Origin: Vulcanimicrobiota bacterium
GTDB taxonomy: Bacteria > Vulcanimicrobiota > Vulcanimicrobiia > Vulcanimicrobiales > Vulcanimicrobiaceae
NCBI GenBank assembly: GCA_963795855.1
Contig: CAWCIZ010000002.1
Span: 608,001 to 672,000 of the forward strand
Direction: 5' to 3'
DNA length: 64,000 bases
The notes under the pieces were generated by a model that saw only the letters and a list, made by a program, of their open reading frames with translations, was not told the origin of the DNA and ran no database searches. The position numbers and the translations under genes are program-made. Below, one piece after another: positions 19,827 to 29,942 of the stretch (positions are counted from its first letter, which is position 1; the number at the start of each line of letters is the position of its first letter).

Positions 19827-20713
19827 CGAAGATTTTCCCTTGCCAGACGCTCTACGTCAGCTCCGCGCGCCCACTGCGTCTGCGGCTCTGCGCGAAACCA
19901 CGCGGCCTGTCGCCGGGCATAACGGCGGGTCGCGCGCGCAAGCAGCGCGTGCAATTCGCCGCGCGTGCTCCATCCGCGCAGATACGCGAGCGCTTGCGGG
20001 TAACCTACCGCGCTGGCCGCAACTGCGTCCTCACCGATTCGTTCCGCCTCTTCAAGCAAACCGGCGGAAAGCAGCGTTTCGGTGCGGCGCTCGATGCGCC
20101 GGTCCAGCTCTGCCGAATCGATTTGCAGAAAAACCTTCAGAAACGGGATATCCGCGCTCGCGAGCGATTCCAGCGGCGTGTCGCGTAACCTGGACTCTTG
20201 CGGCGCGATCGCAACTTCCAGGGCGCGCAGCACACGGTATGAATCGCCCGCATGCAGCATCGCCGCGCGGCGCGGATCCCTCAACCTCAGCCATTCGTAC
20301 AAAAAGGCCGGCTCGTGCAGTTTTGCTTCATGCGCGAGCCGCGCGCGAACCGCTTCGTCGTACTGCGGCGCGAGATCGACCGCGCCGGTCAGCGCACGAA
20401 TATAGAACCCGGTGCCGCCGACGACGATGGCGCGCTTACCGCGTGTGTCGATGTCGCGCACGATACGTACCGCGTCGGTTGAAAACCGGGCCGCGGAGTA
20501 CCGTTCGTGCGGATCCAAAAAGCCGACGAGATGATGCGGAACCGCCGCGAGTTGCTCGGGCGAGGGCGCCGCCGTGCCGATGGGCATCCCGCGGTAGATT
20601 TGACGCGAATCCGCGCCGACGATCTCCGCGTCGAAGCGTTTGGCCAATTCGAGCGCAAGTTCGGTTTTTCCCGACGCCGTCGGGCCCGCGAGGACTAGGA
20701 CTCCGGTTCGCAC
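19817..20713 (-). CDS. miaA: tRNA dimethylallyltransferase
   Basis: GPTASGKT, ADSRQIYRGM.IGTA, VGGTGFY, TRRYARRQ.WF. Confidence 0.96.
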   Translation of the reverse strand: MRTGVLVLAGPTASGKTELALELAKRFDAEIVGADSRQIYRGMPIGTAAPSPEQLAAVPHHLVGFLDPHERYSAARFSTDAVRIVRDIDTRGKRAIVVGGTGFYIRALTGAVDLAPQYDEAVRARLAHEAKLHEPAFLYEWLRLRDPRRAAMLHAGDSYRVLRALEVAIAPQESRLRDTPLESLASADIPFLKVFLQIDSAELDRRIERRTETLLSAGLLEEAERIGEDAVAASAVGYPQALAYLRGWSTRGELHALLARATRRYARRQAAWFRAEPQTQWARGADVERLARENLRWV

Positions 20714-21165
20714 CGAACCGCGAAATTCACCGAGCGGGCGATAAAGCACAGTTCGTGCGCGCGGTGATGCAGAGAACGAAGCGTTTCGGCGTCGACGCTT
20801 TGCGTGAAACTCGCGTGCGGCCGCAACACCACCTGCGTAAACTGACCGGAGCCGTCCGCATTAATCTGCATCGTGCCCTCGGATTCGTCGGTGTACGCGG
20901 TAACGACGATGCCCGCCTGGGCGCACAAGTGCAGAAACCACAGCATGTGACAACCGGCGAGCGAGCCGATCAGCAACTCCTCCGGATTGTAGCGATCTTT
21001 ATCGCCACGGAAAACCGGCGTCGACGATGCCAGAATCGGCGCGCTTTTTTCCGCCGCCACGATTTCGTGATCGCGCCCGTACGCGCGGTACGTGCTCGTG
21101 CCGCTGCCCCTGTTGCCGGTCCACGTCAGGGTGGTGGTGTACCGGTGTTCGTCGTTCAATGCCAT
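20695..21165 (-). CDS. OsmC/Ohr family protein
   Basis: NPEELL..L.GCHMLWFL, AHELCFIARSVN. Confidence 0.9.
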   Translation of the reverse strand: MALNDEHRYTTTLTWTGNRGSGTSTYRAYGRDHEIVAAEKSAPILASSTPVFRGDKDRYNPEELLIGSLAGCHMLWFLHLCAQAGIVVTAYTDESEGTMQINADGSGQFTQVVLRPHASFTQSVDAETLRSLHHRAHELCFIARSVNFAVRCEPES

Positions 21166-22847
21166 CAGAGTCTCTTGAATAACCTTTGAATTGCTTCGCT
21201 GTCCATGCGCACGATGGTCGGACGTCCGTGCGGGCAATGCATGGGATTATCGCACGTCTGCAAGCGATCGACGAGCATCGTCATCTCGGCCATGTCCAGC
21301 CGTTCACCCGCGCGCGTCACGGAATGGCACGCGAGCGAAGCCCACAAGCGTTCGCGCACGTCGCGCTGCTTGGGTTCTTCCGTCAAGTCTTGCAGGAAGC
21401 CGGCGACGTCGAACGCCCGCGAACGATAACCCGCGGGAGCGGCGACGATGCGGTACGTTCGCTCGCCGAAACTTTCGACTTCCAGTCCGCCCTCGCGCAG
21501 CAAATCCATCGCGCGATCCAGCGCCGCGCTTTCCGCCGGACCCAGTTCGAACGTATGCGGCACGAGGAGCGCTTCACCCGGCGCGCCCTGCTGCGCTGCG
21601 GCGACGATCTTTTCGTACGCGACGCGCTCGTGTGCCGCGTGCTGGTCGACGAGCAAGAGCGCACGTCCGTCCGTTGCCACGATGAACGTATTATCGAGCT
21701 GCGCCAACACGCGAAGGCCGCTCGCGTGCTCGCCCGAACCCGAACCGTTCCCGTTGTGTGCGAACAGCGATTGCAACTGCGGCAGCGCGGAATCCATCGC
21801 TTGCGGCGCTGCGGACACTGCAACGGCATCCCGAAAACGCGCCGTCGCATGGTCGCGCAAGCTCGTCGCGATAGCGCGCTTGACCGAGTCGAATACTTGA
21901 TGACCGTACCGCAGGCGCACGTCGCTTTTCGTCGGATGCACGTTGGGATCGACTTGTTCGGGCGGCAGATTCAAAAACAGCACGCCGTACGGCTGGCGCC
22001 CAAGCATCGCGAACGTCGAATACCCGGCGGTCCACGCACCCGCAAGCAGCGTGCTTCTAAGCAGCCTTCCGTTCACGAACAGGAGTTGCATGCGCCGGTC
22101 TGGGCGATCGTTCCCCGGCGTGCTGATGTAGCCGCTGAGCGTACCCTGCAGCCCGCGCGCCGCTTCGGAACTCAGCGGCATCAGCGTTTCGGCGGCGCTT
22201 TTGCCGAACACCGCGGCAAGGCGCGCGCTCGGATCGCCGCTCGCGGGAATCGTCCATACCTCTTTACCGTCGTGATGCAGCGAAAACGTTATATGCGGAT
22301 ATGCCAAAGAGAACGTCGAGAGCCAGCCGGATATGCGGTTGAATTCCGCGCTTGCGGAACGCAAATACTCGCGGCGAACCGGCACGTTCGCGAACAGGTC
22401 GCCGGCGCGTACGGTAGTGCCGACCGGCGCTGGTGCGGGCTCCACGCTTTCCGCGCGCTCCGCATGCGCGCGAATACGCGCGCCGATTTGCATGCCGGCG
22501 CGGCGCGTCAATATTTCGAGTTGAGCGACTGCGGCGATGCTCGCTAGCCCTTCACCGCGAAAACCGAGCGAGTCGATGGACTCCAAATCCGCCGCTATCG
22601 CCAGTTTGCTCGTGGCGTGACGCTGCACGGCCAGCGGAAGATCTTCCGGAGCGATGCCCGCGCCGTCGTCCGCCACTTCCACCAAACGCACGCCGCCGTC
22701 TTCGAGCGTGACGGCAATCCGCGCCGCGCCGGCATCAACCGCATTTTCTACGAGTTCCTTCACCACGGAAAGCGGCCGCTCTATCACCTCGCCGGCCGCG
22801 ATTTGCCCGACGGTTTGCGGATCGAGCAGGCGTATCGCGCTAGTCAA
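21165..22847 (-). CDS. mutL: DNA mismatch repair endonuclease MutL
   Basis: IAAGEVIERP, GFRGEGL, DQHAAHER, CPHGRP. Confidence 0.97.
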   Translation of the reverse strand: MTSAIRLLDPQTVGQIAAGEVIERPLSVVKELVENAVDAGAARIAVTLEDGGVRLVEVADDGAGIAPEDLPLAVQRHATSKLAIAADLESIDSLGFRGEGLASIAAVAQLEILTRRAGMQIGARIRAHAERAESVEPAPAPVGTTVRAGDLFANVPVRREYLRSASAEFNRISGWLSTFSLAYPHITFSLHHDGKEVWTIPASGDPSARLAAVFGKSAAETLMPLSSEAARGLQGTLSGYISTPGNDRPDRRMQLLFVNGRLLRSTLLAGAWTAGYSTFAMLGRQPYGVLFLNLPPEQVDPNVHPTKSDVRLRYGHQVFDSVKRAIATSLRDHATARFRDAVAVSAAPQAMDSALPQLQSLFAHNGNGSGSGEHASGLRVLAQLDNTFIVATDGRALLLVDQHAAHERVAYEKIVAAAQQGAPGEALLVPHTFELGPAESAALDRAMDLLREGGLEVESFGERTYRIVAAPAGYRSRAFDVAGFLQDLTEEPKQRDVRERLWASLACHSVTRAGERLDMAEMTMLVDRLQTCDNPMHCPHGRPTIVRMDSEAIQRLFKRL

Positions 22848-23367
22848 AGTGGTGCTGCTCGACCGCAGCTTTTACCGCGGTATACACGCGCTCGACGAGC
22901 GCGGCGTCGGTATCGTCAGCCGGGTCGCCGGCGAGCACCGCAAAGATCGTATTGCGAAGAGTATCTGCATACGAGTCGCCAATGGCAATCTCGCCGGAAA
23001 GCATGGCTTCGACGAACGCCTCCACGTCCCCGGAGTCGTTGGCAGAGGCGACGACGTCGTTGTACTGCGCTTCGGCGCCTTTCGTCCACGCGTATGCGAA
23101 CGTGTCGCACAAACTGCTCGCCTCTTCCGCCCGTTCGCCGTAGAACACGAACGAACGCGCGCCGGCACTCGCGTCGAATTCAGTCCAGTCTTGCAGCCCA
23201 CCGAATAACTCGTTGAGCAGCCATCCCAGTTCGTCGCTTTTCCACCCATTCTTCAGCACTACCGCAGCGATTGAATAACCTTGCGGCGCTTCCGATCCGC
23301 CGGCGCCCGGCGTCGCGGGCGCAAAAATCTCACGCCCGTATGCCGATCCGACGTGCGTGTACGTCAT
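22840..23367 (-). CDS. Acidic hypothetical protein between mutS and mutL
   Basis: 175-aa ORF overlapping both neighbours, on the same strand. Confidence 0.75.
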   Translation of the reverse strand: MTYTHVGSAYGREIFAPATPGAGGSEAPQGYSIAAVVLKNGWKSDELGWLLNELFGGLQDWTEFDASAGARSFVFYGERAEEASSLCDTFAYAWTKGAEAQYNDVVASANDSGDVEAFVEAMLSGEIAIGDSYADTLRNTIFAVLAGDPADDTDAALVERVYTAVKAAVEQHHFD

Positions 23368-25843
23368 TCGCGGGAGAGCAACGAGAGTCTGCGAGGCCGG
23401 CGCGACTTTCGGCAGCTCTGCGTTTTAGAGGAACTTGTTCTTCCAGATCCGCGTGGCCCGACAACGCATCCGCGATCTCTTGCGCGCGCTCCACCACTGC
23501 GTCCGGAAGGCCCGCCATGCGTGCGACTTCAATGCCGAACGAACGTGAGGAACTTCCCGGCAGAACGCGGTGCGAAAAGACCGGAGCGCCCGCGCGCGCG
23601 GTATTCTCGACCGCCGTGATGTGATAGTTTGCTACCAACTTCCAATGATCGGCGAGCGAAACTAACTCGTGAAAATGCGTCGCGAACAGCACTAGCGGCG
23701 AATGTTCGTCCAGACCGAGCAGAAATTCGCAGATCGCTTGCGCGATCGCCAAGCCATCGATCGTGCCGGTGCCACGGCCCACTTCATCGATGAGCAGCAA
23801 GCTGCGGCGCGTGCAGCGGCGTAGAATCGTCGCCGCTTCGGCCATCTCCAGATAAAACGTCGACTGTCCCGAAGCGAGATCGTCGCCCGCGCCGATGCGC
23901 GTGAAGATACGATCTACGATTCCGAGGTTCGCCCGTTTTGCCGGCACGAACGAGCCGATTTGCGCCATAATCGTCAGCAGCGCCGTTTGACGCAAGTACG
24001 TCGACTTGCCGCCCATATTCGGCCCGGTCAGCAAAATGAACCGGTGCGATTCCCCGCGCAGATGCAGATCGTTCGGCACGAAATGGGTGCGCAGCACCGC
24101 TTCCATCACCGGATGACGGCCTTCGGCGACGTCGACCTCGCTTTGCTCGTGGAACGCGGGTCGCACGTAGCCGCGTTCGGCGGCGCATTGTGCCAGCGAG
24201 CAGAGGACGTCCAATTCGGCCAGGGCATGTGCCGTTCGAAGCAGATCGTCTATGCGAAGCGCTACGCGATCGACCATTTCGGCGAAGAGTCGTTCTTCCA
24301 GCCGCAATTGACGGCTCTGTGCGGTCGTGATCGCGATCTCGAGTTCTTTCAATTCCGGCGTGACGTACCGCTCGCCCGAGGTGAGCGTTTGTTTCCGCAC
24401 GTAGTCGGGGGGCACTTGCGCGGCGAAGCTCTTGCCGATCTCGATTGCGTAGCCGAAGGCGCTCGCGTACTTGATCTTCAGCGACTTGATTCCGGTGCGT
24501 TCCCGTTCGCGCTCTTCGAGTTCGTTCAACTTTCCGCGCGCGTCCGTGCGCAGCGTGACGCACTCGGCCAAGCCGGCGTCGTATTCCGGGCGGATGACGC
24601 CGCCGTCCGCGATCTGCGCGGGAGGTTCATCGACCAACGCACGCTGCAAATCCGCGAGCAAGTCATCGAATTCCGCAATCTGTTCTACGTGAAATGCGAG
24701 CGCCGTCGGAGCCACTTGCCGCAGAGGCCGCACGATGTCGAGCGTGCGCCGCAGAGAAGCGAGGTCGCGTGGAAGCGCGCGTTTGAAGCGAACTTTTTGC
24801 GCGATACGTTCGAGATCGAAGCAGCCTCGCAGCAGCTCCTGCAGCGATTCCCGCCGCACGTGCTCGTCGATGAGGGCCTGCACCGCGTCCGCGCGCCGAA
24901 CGATCGCGGCGCGATCCACGAGCGGAGCAAGGATCCAGCGCGCCAGCATGCGAGACCCCATCGACGTCGCGCATTTGTCCAGCGTCGCAAGCAACGTCGC
25001 CTTCGGATTCGCGCCAAGCGCTTTGGTGAGTTCGAGATTCTTTCGCGTATTCGGATCGAGCGCGAGAAACGTCTGATGCCGGTAAAATTCCGGCGGCGAG
25101 AGCGGCGCATCGGACGCGGCGACGCCGGTGCGGCGCACGAAACCGACGAGTGCGTCGAGCGCGCGGTGCATCGCGAGCGATTCGTCGAGCGAAAAGCCGT
25201 TCACCGGCGCGCGGCTGCGCCCGTTCACTACGGTCAAGGTCGGAGCCGTCACGCGGGCGCCGATACCTTCCAAAGCGTTCGTCAACGCCGCGCGCACGTC
25301 GGCTGCGGCGTCGGCCACGAGTTCCGCCGGCGCGATGCGCCCCAATTCCGCAAGCAGTTCATCGTACGCCGCTTCGCCGGTCAGCGCCGTCGCCGCGCAC
25401 AAGCCGGTCGAAACGTCGGCGTATGCGAGCGCGAACGTTTCCTCAATTGCCGTCACGGCCGCGAGATAATTGTTCTGCTTGCCTTCCAGCAATTGGTCTT
25501 CGATCAGCGTGCCCGGCGTAACGATGCGCACGACGTCGCGCCGAACGAGCTTGTTCGCCTGTGGAGCCTCGAGTTGTTCGGCGAGCGCAACGATGAAACG
25601 CTGCTGCACCAAGCGCGCCAAATATTGCGCGAGCGCGTGGTGCGGAACGCCTGCCATGGCGACGCGTCTTCCGCTGCCGGCTTCTTTCGACGTCAGCGCA
25701 ATAGAAAGCGCACGCGCGATCGTCTCCGCGTCTTCCCCATAGGCTTCGTAAAAGTCACCGACGCGTGAGAGTAAGATCGCTTCGGGATGACGCGATTTCA
25801 TTCCGAAGTACTGCTCGAGCATTGGTGAGTAGCCGGCACTCAC
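23330..25843 (-). CDS. mutS: DNA mismatch repair protein MutS (extreme C-terminus possibly frameshifted)
   Basis: SPMLEQY, GDFYE, TGPNMGGKST, DEVGRGT, FATHFHEL. Confidence 0.97.
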   Translation of the reverse strand: MSAGYSPMLEQYFGMKSRHPEAILLSRVGDFYEAYGEDAETIARALSIALTSKEAGSGRRVAMAGVPHHALAQYLARLVQQRFIVALAEQLEAPQANKLVRRDVVRIVTPGTLIEDQLLEGKQNNYLAAVTAIEETFALAYADVSTGLCAATALTGEAAYDELLAELGRIAPAELVADAAADVRAALTNALEGIGARVTAPTLTVVNGRSRAPVNGFSLDESLAMHRALDALVGFVRRTGVAASDAPLSPPEFYRHQTFLALDPNTRKNLELTKALGANPKATLLATLDKCATSMGSRMLARWILAPLVDRAAIVRRADAVQALIDEHVRRESLQELLRGCFDLERIAQKVRFKRALPRDLASLRRTLDIVRPLRQVAPTALAFHVEQIAEFDDLLADLQRALVDEPPAQIADGGVIRPEYDAGLAECVTLRTDARGKLNELEERERERTGIKSLKIKYASAFGYAIEIGKSFAAQVPPDYVRKQTLTSGERYVTPELKELEIAITTAQSRQLRLEERLFAEMVDRVALRIDDLLRTAHALAELDVLCSLAQCAAERGYVRPAFHEQSEVDVAEGRHPVMEAVLRTHFVPNDLHLRGESHRFILLTGPNMGGKSTYLRQTALLTIMAQIGSFVPAKRANLGIVDRIFTRIGAGDDLASGQSTFYLEMAEAATILRRCTRRSLLLIDEVGRGTGTIDGLAIAQAICEFLLGLDEHSPLVLFATHFHELVSLADHWKLVANYHITAVENTARAGAPVFSHRVLPGSSSRSFGIEVARMAGLPDAVVERAQEIADALSGHADLEEQVPLKRRAAESRAGLADSRCSPANDVHARRIGIRA

Positions 25844-25867
25844 GGTGCGGACTTTCGTCGGTCTGCC

Positions 25868-25876
25868 TGTGGATAA
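25868..25876 (-). promoter_or_regulatory. Consensus DnaA box upstream of mutS
   Basis: TTATCCACA (TGTGGATAA on +) in the 50-nt miaB-mutS spacer. Confidence 0.5.
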
Positions 25877-25893
25877 CTTGTGAGGGGCAGCGT

Positions 25894-27306
25894 TCAGGAG
25901 GAGAGCGCGAGCAAATCGATCGCGGCGCGCGGTACGGAAACGCCGTCATCCGCATAGCGCGTCGCGCGACGAACGATCGTGCCGGCGCAGCCCCAGACGA
26001 AACCTTCGTGAATTTCCACGTCCAGCCACGGTTCGCGAGCGTACACGGCTGTGTCGTAATCCGGCGGCATAGGCGCGATCACGCTCACGTTGTCCGTCGA
26101 TTTGCCGGCGAGCTTCGCGGCGTCTTTCTTCGACGGCCCTTGCACGAGCACCCGAACGGTCGTGCCGATTTTGCGTTCGTGATATGCGCGCGACGCCGTA
26201 TTCTGCGCGGCCGCCAATCGTTTGAACCGATCGCTTGCGGCAGCCGGATCGACCTGCTCCCAGCGCGCCGCCGGCGTGCCGCGGCGCGGAGAGTAAATGA
26301 ACATGTACGCGTTCGCGAAGAGACCGGTCTTCACGTAGTCCAGCGTTGCCGCAAAGTCCGTTTCGGTTTCTCCCGGAAAACCGACGATGACGTCGGTCGT
26401 GATTGCCCACCCTGGAAGATAGCGCCGAATCAGCGCGACCTTCTCGCGGAATTGTTCCATCGTATATTTGCGGTTCATGCGGCGAAGCACTGCGTCGCTG
26501 GCAGATTGAAGCGGCAGGTGCACGCGCGGGTTCAGCTGCGCAGCGGATGCCAAGTCGCGAACGATCTTCTCGGTGAAATCCTTGGGATGGGGCGAGATGA
26601 ACGACAGGCGCTCGAGTTGCGGCACCTCCGCGGCGACGCGCTTACAAAGGTCGCCGAAGTCGCTGCCGTCGGCAGGGTCTTTGTAGGCGTTGACGGTTTG
26701 TCCGACGAGCATCACCTCGCGAGCGCCCGCATCGACGCGTTCGCGCACTTCGCTGACGATCTCGCGCGCCGGGCGATGATCGAAACGGCCGCGCACGTGC
26801 GGAACGATGCAGAACGTACAATAGTACGAGCACCCGCGCTGGACCGTCACGAAACCGCGAAGATGCGAGAAAGCATCCGCGATGCAGTCCGCCGCACCGC
26901 CGAAAGGCATGAGCAGCGCGCGCTCTTCCGTCAGATCCGTATCTTCGAATCCGGGGCGCCACTGCGCCAAAGCATCGCCCATTTGTACGAGCTCGGACGT
27001 GCCGAACACCGCATCGAGATGCGGCACGATCGACTGCATGCGATCGCGGTCTTGCTCGGCCAAGCACCCCATCACCACCAGCTTGAGCGCGGGATCCGCT
27101 TGTTTGAGCACTTTGAAGTGATTCATGCGACCGTATGCGCGGCGTTCCGCGTTGTCGCGCACCGTGCAGGTGTTGAGCACGACGACGTTCGCGTCTTCCG
27201 GACGTTCGGCGACCGCATAACCGGCTGACGCGGCTCGATCCGCTATGTACTGCGAATCGGCCTCGTTCATTTGACAACCGAAAGTCTCGATATAGATGCT
27301 CGCCAT
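25894..27306 (-). CDS. miaB: tRNA methylthiotransferase MiaB
   Basis: ETFGCQMNEADS, NTCTVR, GCSYYCTFCIVP, TRAM-like tail. Confidence 0.95.
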   Translation of the reverse strand: MASIYIETFGCQMNEADSQYIADRAASAGYAVAERPEDANVVVLNTCTVRDNAERRAYGRMNHFKVLKQADPALKLVVMGCLAEQDRDRMQSIVPHLDAVFGTSELVQMGDALAQWRPGFEDTDLTEERALLMPFGGAADCIADAFSHLRGFVTVQRGCSYYCTFCIVPHVRGRFDHRPAREIVSEVRERVDAGAREVMLVGQTVNAYKDPADGSDFGDLCKRVAAEVPQLERLSFISPHPKDFTEKIVRDLASAAQLNPRVHLPLQSASDAVLRRMNRKYTMEQFREKVALIRRYLPGWAITTDVIVGFPGETETDFAATLDYVKTGLFANAYMFIYSPRRGTPAARWEQVDPAAASDRFKRLAAAQNTASRAYHERKIGTTVRVLVQGPSKKDAAKLAGKSTDNVSVIAPMPPDYDTAVYAREPWLDVEIHEGFVWGCAGTIVRRATRYADDGVSVPRAAIDLLALSS

Positions 27307-27347
27307 GCCCTGCGGGAATACCCCGCGACGCCCGGAAACTCCCACGC

Positions 27348-28727
27348 GTGCAACCCCTTGAAGACCATGACGGCACGATGCTGCGTCCGGCGAGCGTCGC
27401 GATCGTCGGTCGTCCGAACGTCGGCAAAAGCGCGCTCTTCAACCGATTGATCGGGCAGCGGCTGGCAATCGTCGAGGACACGCCCGGGGTAACCCGCGAC
27501 CGCTTGTACGGTCTATGCGAGTGGCAAGGGCGCACGTTCAGCCTCGTCGATACCGCCGGCATCGATCCCGCACAAGACAAAGCCGGCGACCACATCGCCG
27601 TTTCCACTCGCCGTCAGGCGGAAGCCGCGGCACAAGAGTCCGACGCCATCGTCTTCGTCGTCGACGCCGCGTCGGGGCGCAATCCGCTCGACGAAGAAGT
27701 GGCGCGCATTCTGCGCCGCACGCGCAAACCGGTTCTCCTGGTAGCGAACAAGGCGGAGTCGCCTTCTGCGGCCGCGTCGGTGTACGGCGAGTTTTCCGCG
27801 CTCGGATTCGGCGAGCCGGTCGCGGTCTCGGCGATTCACGGCGAGGGCACCGGCGATTTGCTGGACCGCGTCGTAGAACATCTGCCCGAACGAGCTCCGC
27901 CGCCGGATTTGCAAGGCGAGATTTCGCTTGCGCTCGTCGGCCGTCCGAACGTCGGTAAAGACTCGCTGCTGAACGCTCTTCTCGGCGAAGAGCGCGCGGT
28001 CGTTTCCGATGTGCCGGGCACCACACGCGACGCCATCGACACGATCTTCCAATTTCACGAACACCGGATTCGTCTCATCGACACGGCGGGCGTACGCAAG
28101 AAGCCGCAGCAGCACGGCGCGATCGAGTATTACTCGGCGCTGCGATCGATCTCCGCAATCAATCGCTGCGACATCGCGCTTCTGCTTTTCGACGCGATGA
28201 CGGGCCTGCAAAATCAGGAGCGCCGGCTCGCCGGAATGATCCTCGAAGAGCGTAAAGGCCTCATCATCGTCGGCAACAAGTGGGACCTCGCGCGCGAGCA
28301 GGGCGAATACAGTCAAGGCGAACTCATCGGCGTCATCTACGAACAAGTGCCCTTCGCGCGCTTCGCCCCCGTCACGTTTCTGTCCGCAAAAACGCGGCGA
28401 CGTTTGGGCAGCTTGATGCCGCTCGTCATGAAAGTCGCCGCTAACTTGGATCGGCACGTTCCGACCGCGAAGCTCAACGCGGCGATCCGCGACGCGACGC
28501 TTGCACATCCCGCGCCGGCGCCGGGCGGAAAACCGTTCAAAATCTATTATTGTTCGCAGCCGGCAGCGCATCCGCCGCTCTTCGTTTTCCATTGCAACGA
28601 TCCGGAACTGGTTCAGTCGCCATACAAGCGGTTTTTGGAAAACGTCATTCGGCAGCACTTTGATTTCGAAGGCGTGCCGCTTTCGCTGGAATTCAGGGAA
28701 CGGTCGCGCGCGGAGCTCGAAGAGTGA
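27348..28727 (+). CDS. der: Ribosome biogenesis GTPase Der (start may be ATG 27378)
   Basis: Two G domains (GRPNVGK, PGVTRD/PGTTRD, DTAG, NKWD) and a KH-like tail. Confidence 0.97.
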   Translation: MQPLEDHDGTMLRPASVAIVGRPNVGKSALFNRLIGQRLAIVEDTPGVTRDRLYGLCEWQGRTFSLVDTAGIDPAQDKAGDHIAVSTRRQAEAAAQESDAIVFVVDAASGRNPLDEEVARILRRTRKPVLLVANKAESPSAAASVYGEFSALGFGEPVAVSAIHGEGTGDLLDRVVEHLPERAPPPDLQGEISLALVGRPNVGKDSLLNALLGEERAVVSDVPGTTRDAIDTIFQFHEHRIRLIDTAGVRKKPQQHGAIEYYSALRSISAINRCDIALLLFDAMTGLQNQERRLAGMILEERKGLIIVGNKWDLAREQGEYSQGELIGVIYEQVPFARFAPVTFLSAKTRRRLGSLMPLVMKVAANLDRHVPTAKLNAAIRDATLAHPAPAPGGKPFKIYYCSQPAAHPPLFVFHCNDPELVQSPYKRFLENVIRQHFDFEGVPLSLEFRERSRAELEE

Positions 28728-29338
28728 GCGCGATCGCCTACGCGGGAATCGCGCTCGGCGCGTTTCTGCTGGGCTCGGTTCCGTTCGGCGTCGTCATTTC
28801 ACGCTTGTTTTACCGCCGCGACATCCGGCAAGGCGGGAGCGGCAACATCGGCGCAATGAACGCGCTTCGCACGATCGGAAAAACCGGCGCGCTGGCGGTG
28901 CTCGTGCTGGATGCATTGAAAGGCGCGGTGCCGGCGCTGCTCGTGATGCGGATGCTGCACGACACGCATCTCGCGGCGATCGTCGCGGCGTGCGCAATGC
29001 TCGGTCACTGCTTTTCGCCCTGGCTGCGTTTCAAAGGCGGCAAAGGCGTCGCGACGTCGTTCGGAGCGACGTTCGCTCTTTCGTGGCCCGCAGGCGTCGC
29101 ATCCATTGTGGCTTGGCTCGCTGGCGCGCTCTCGACGACGTACTCCTCGGTCGGTTCCATGCTCGCGCACATCGTCACGCCGGTCGCGCTCTGGTACTTC
29201 ACGCGCGACGCATGGCTGACGGGCTACGGCGTGTTTGCAGCGATTCTCGTGTTTTACACGCATCGCGAAAATATCGCGCGAATTGCCGCAGGCCGCGAAA
29301 GCGGAATACCGTTCCTGCGTCGCGGGAGGGCTCCGTAA
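28724..29338 (+). CDS. plsY: Glycerol-3-phosphate acyltransferase
   Basis: GSGNIGAMNALR, FKGGKGVAT, HRENIAR. Confidence 0.96.
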   Translation: MSAIAYAGIALGAFLLGSVPFGVVISRLFYRRDIRQGGSGNIGAMNALRTIGKTGALAVLVLDALKGAVPALLVMRMLHDTHLAAIVAACAMLGHCFSPWLRFKGGKGVATSFGATFALSWPAGVASIVAWLAGALSTTYSSVGSMLAHIVTPVALWYFTRDAWLTGYGVFAAILVFYTHRENIARIAAGRESGIPFLRRGRAP

Positions 29339-29363
29339 CCCCTGCTGCGTATTGGGGCAGGTC

Positions 29364-29927
29364 ATGATTTCATCGAACGATCTTCGCAACGGCGTCACCA
29401 TTATCGAGAACGGCCAGTTGTGGACCGTGATCGAGTTTTTGCACGTGAAGCCGGGCAAGGGGTCGGCGTTCGTTCGTACGCGCCTCAAAAATGTGAAGAC
29501 GGGCGCGACGGTCGAGAAGACGTTTCGAGCCGGTGAAAAACTCGAACGCGCGACGGTCGACAACCGGCAGATGCAAATGCTGTATAACGACGGCGACGGA
29601 TATCACTTCATGGACCAAGAGACGTTCGAGAATGTGACGCTCCAGCGCGAAGTCATCGGCGATCCCGCCGACTTTCTCAAAGACGGCATGGTCGTGGACG
29701 TGCAATTTCACGACACGAATCCGATCGGCTGCGATCTGCCCGCCCACGTGGAATTGAAAGTGGATCAAACCGATCCGGGGTTCAAGGGCGATACGGCGAC
29801 CGGCGCGACGAAACCCGCGACGCTCGAAACCGGCGCGGTCGTGCAAGTTCCGCTCTTCGTCAATCCCGGCGATCTGATTCGAATCGACACGCGCGATCGC
29901 CGGTACATCGGCCGCGTCGGCACGTAA
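29364..29927 (+). CDS. efp: Elongation factor P
   Basis: HVKPGKGSAFVR, PGFKGDTA, VQVPLFV. Confidence 0.98.
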   Translation: MISSNDLRNGVTIIENGQLWTVIEFLHVKPGKGSAFVRTRLKNVKTGATVEKTFRAGEKLERATVDNRQMQMLYNDGDGYHFMDQETFENVTLQREVIGDPADFLKDGMVVDVQFHDTNPIGCDLPAHVELKVDQTDPGFKGDTATGATKPATLETGAVVQVPLFVNPGDLIRIDTRDRRYIGRVGT

Positions 29928-29942
29928 CGCCAGCCAAAGCAC

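Noticed and set aside
23960..27228. Long plus-strand ORFs (602 aa, 487 aa) and similar antisense ORFs throughout the window
   Set aside because: Shadows of mutS, miaB and other real genes, expected in high-GC DNA; no motifs
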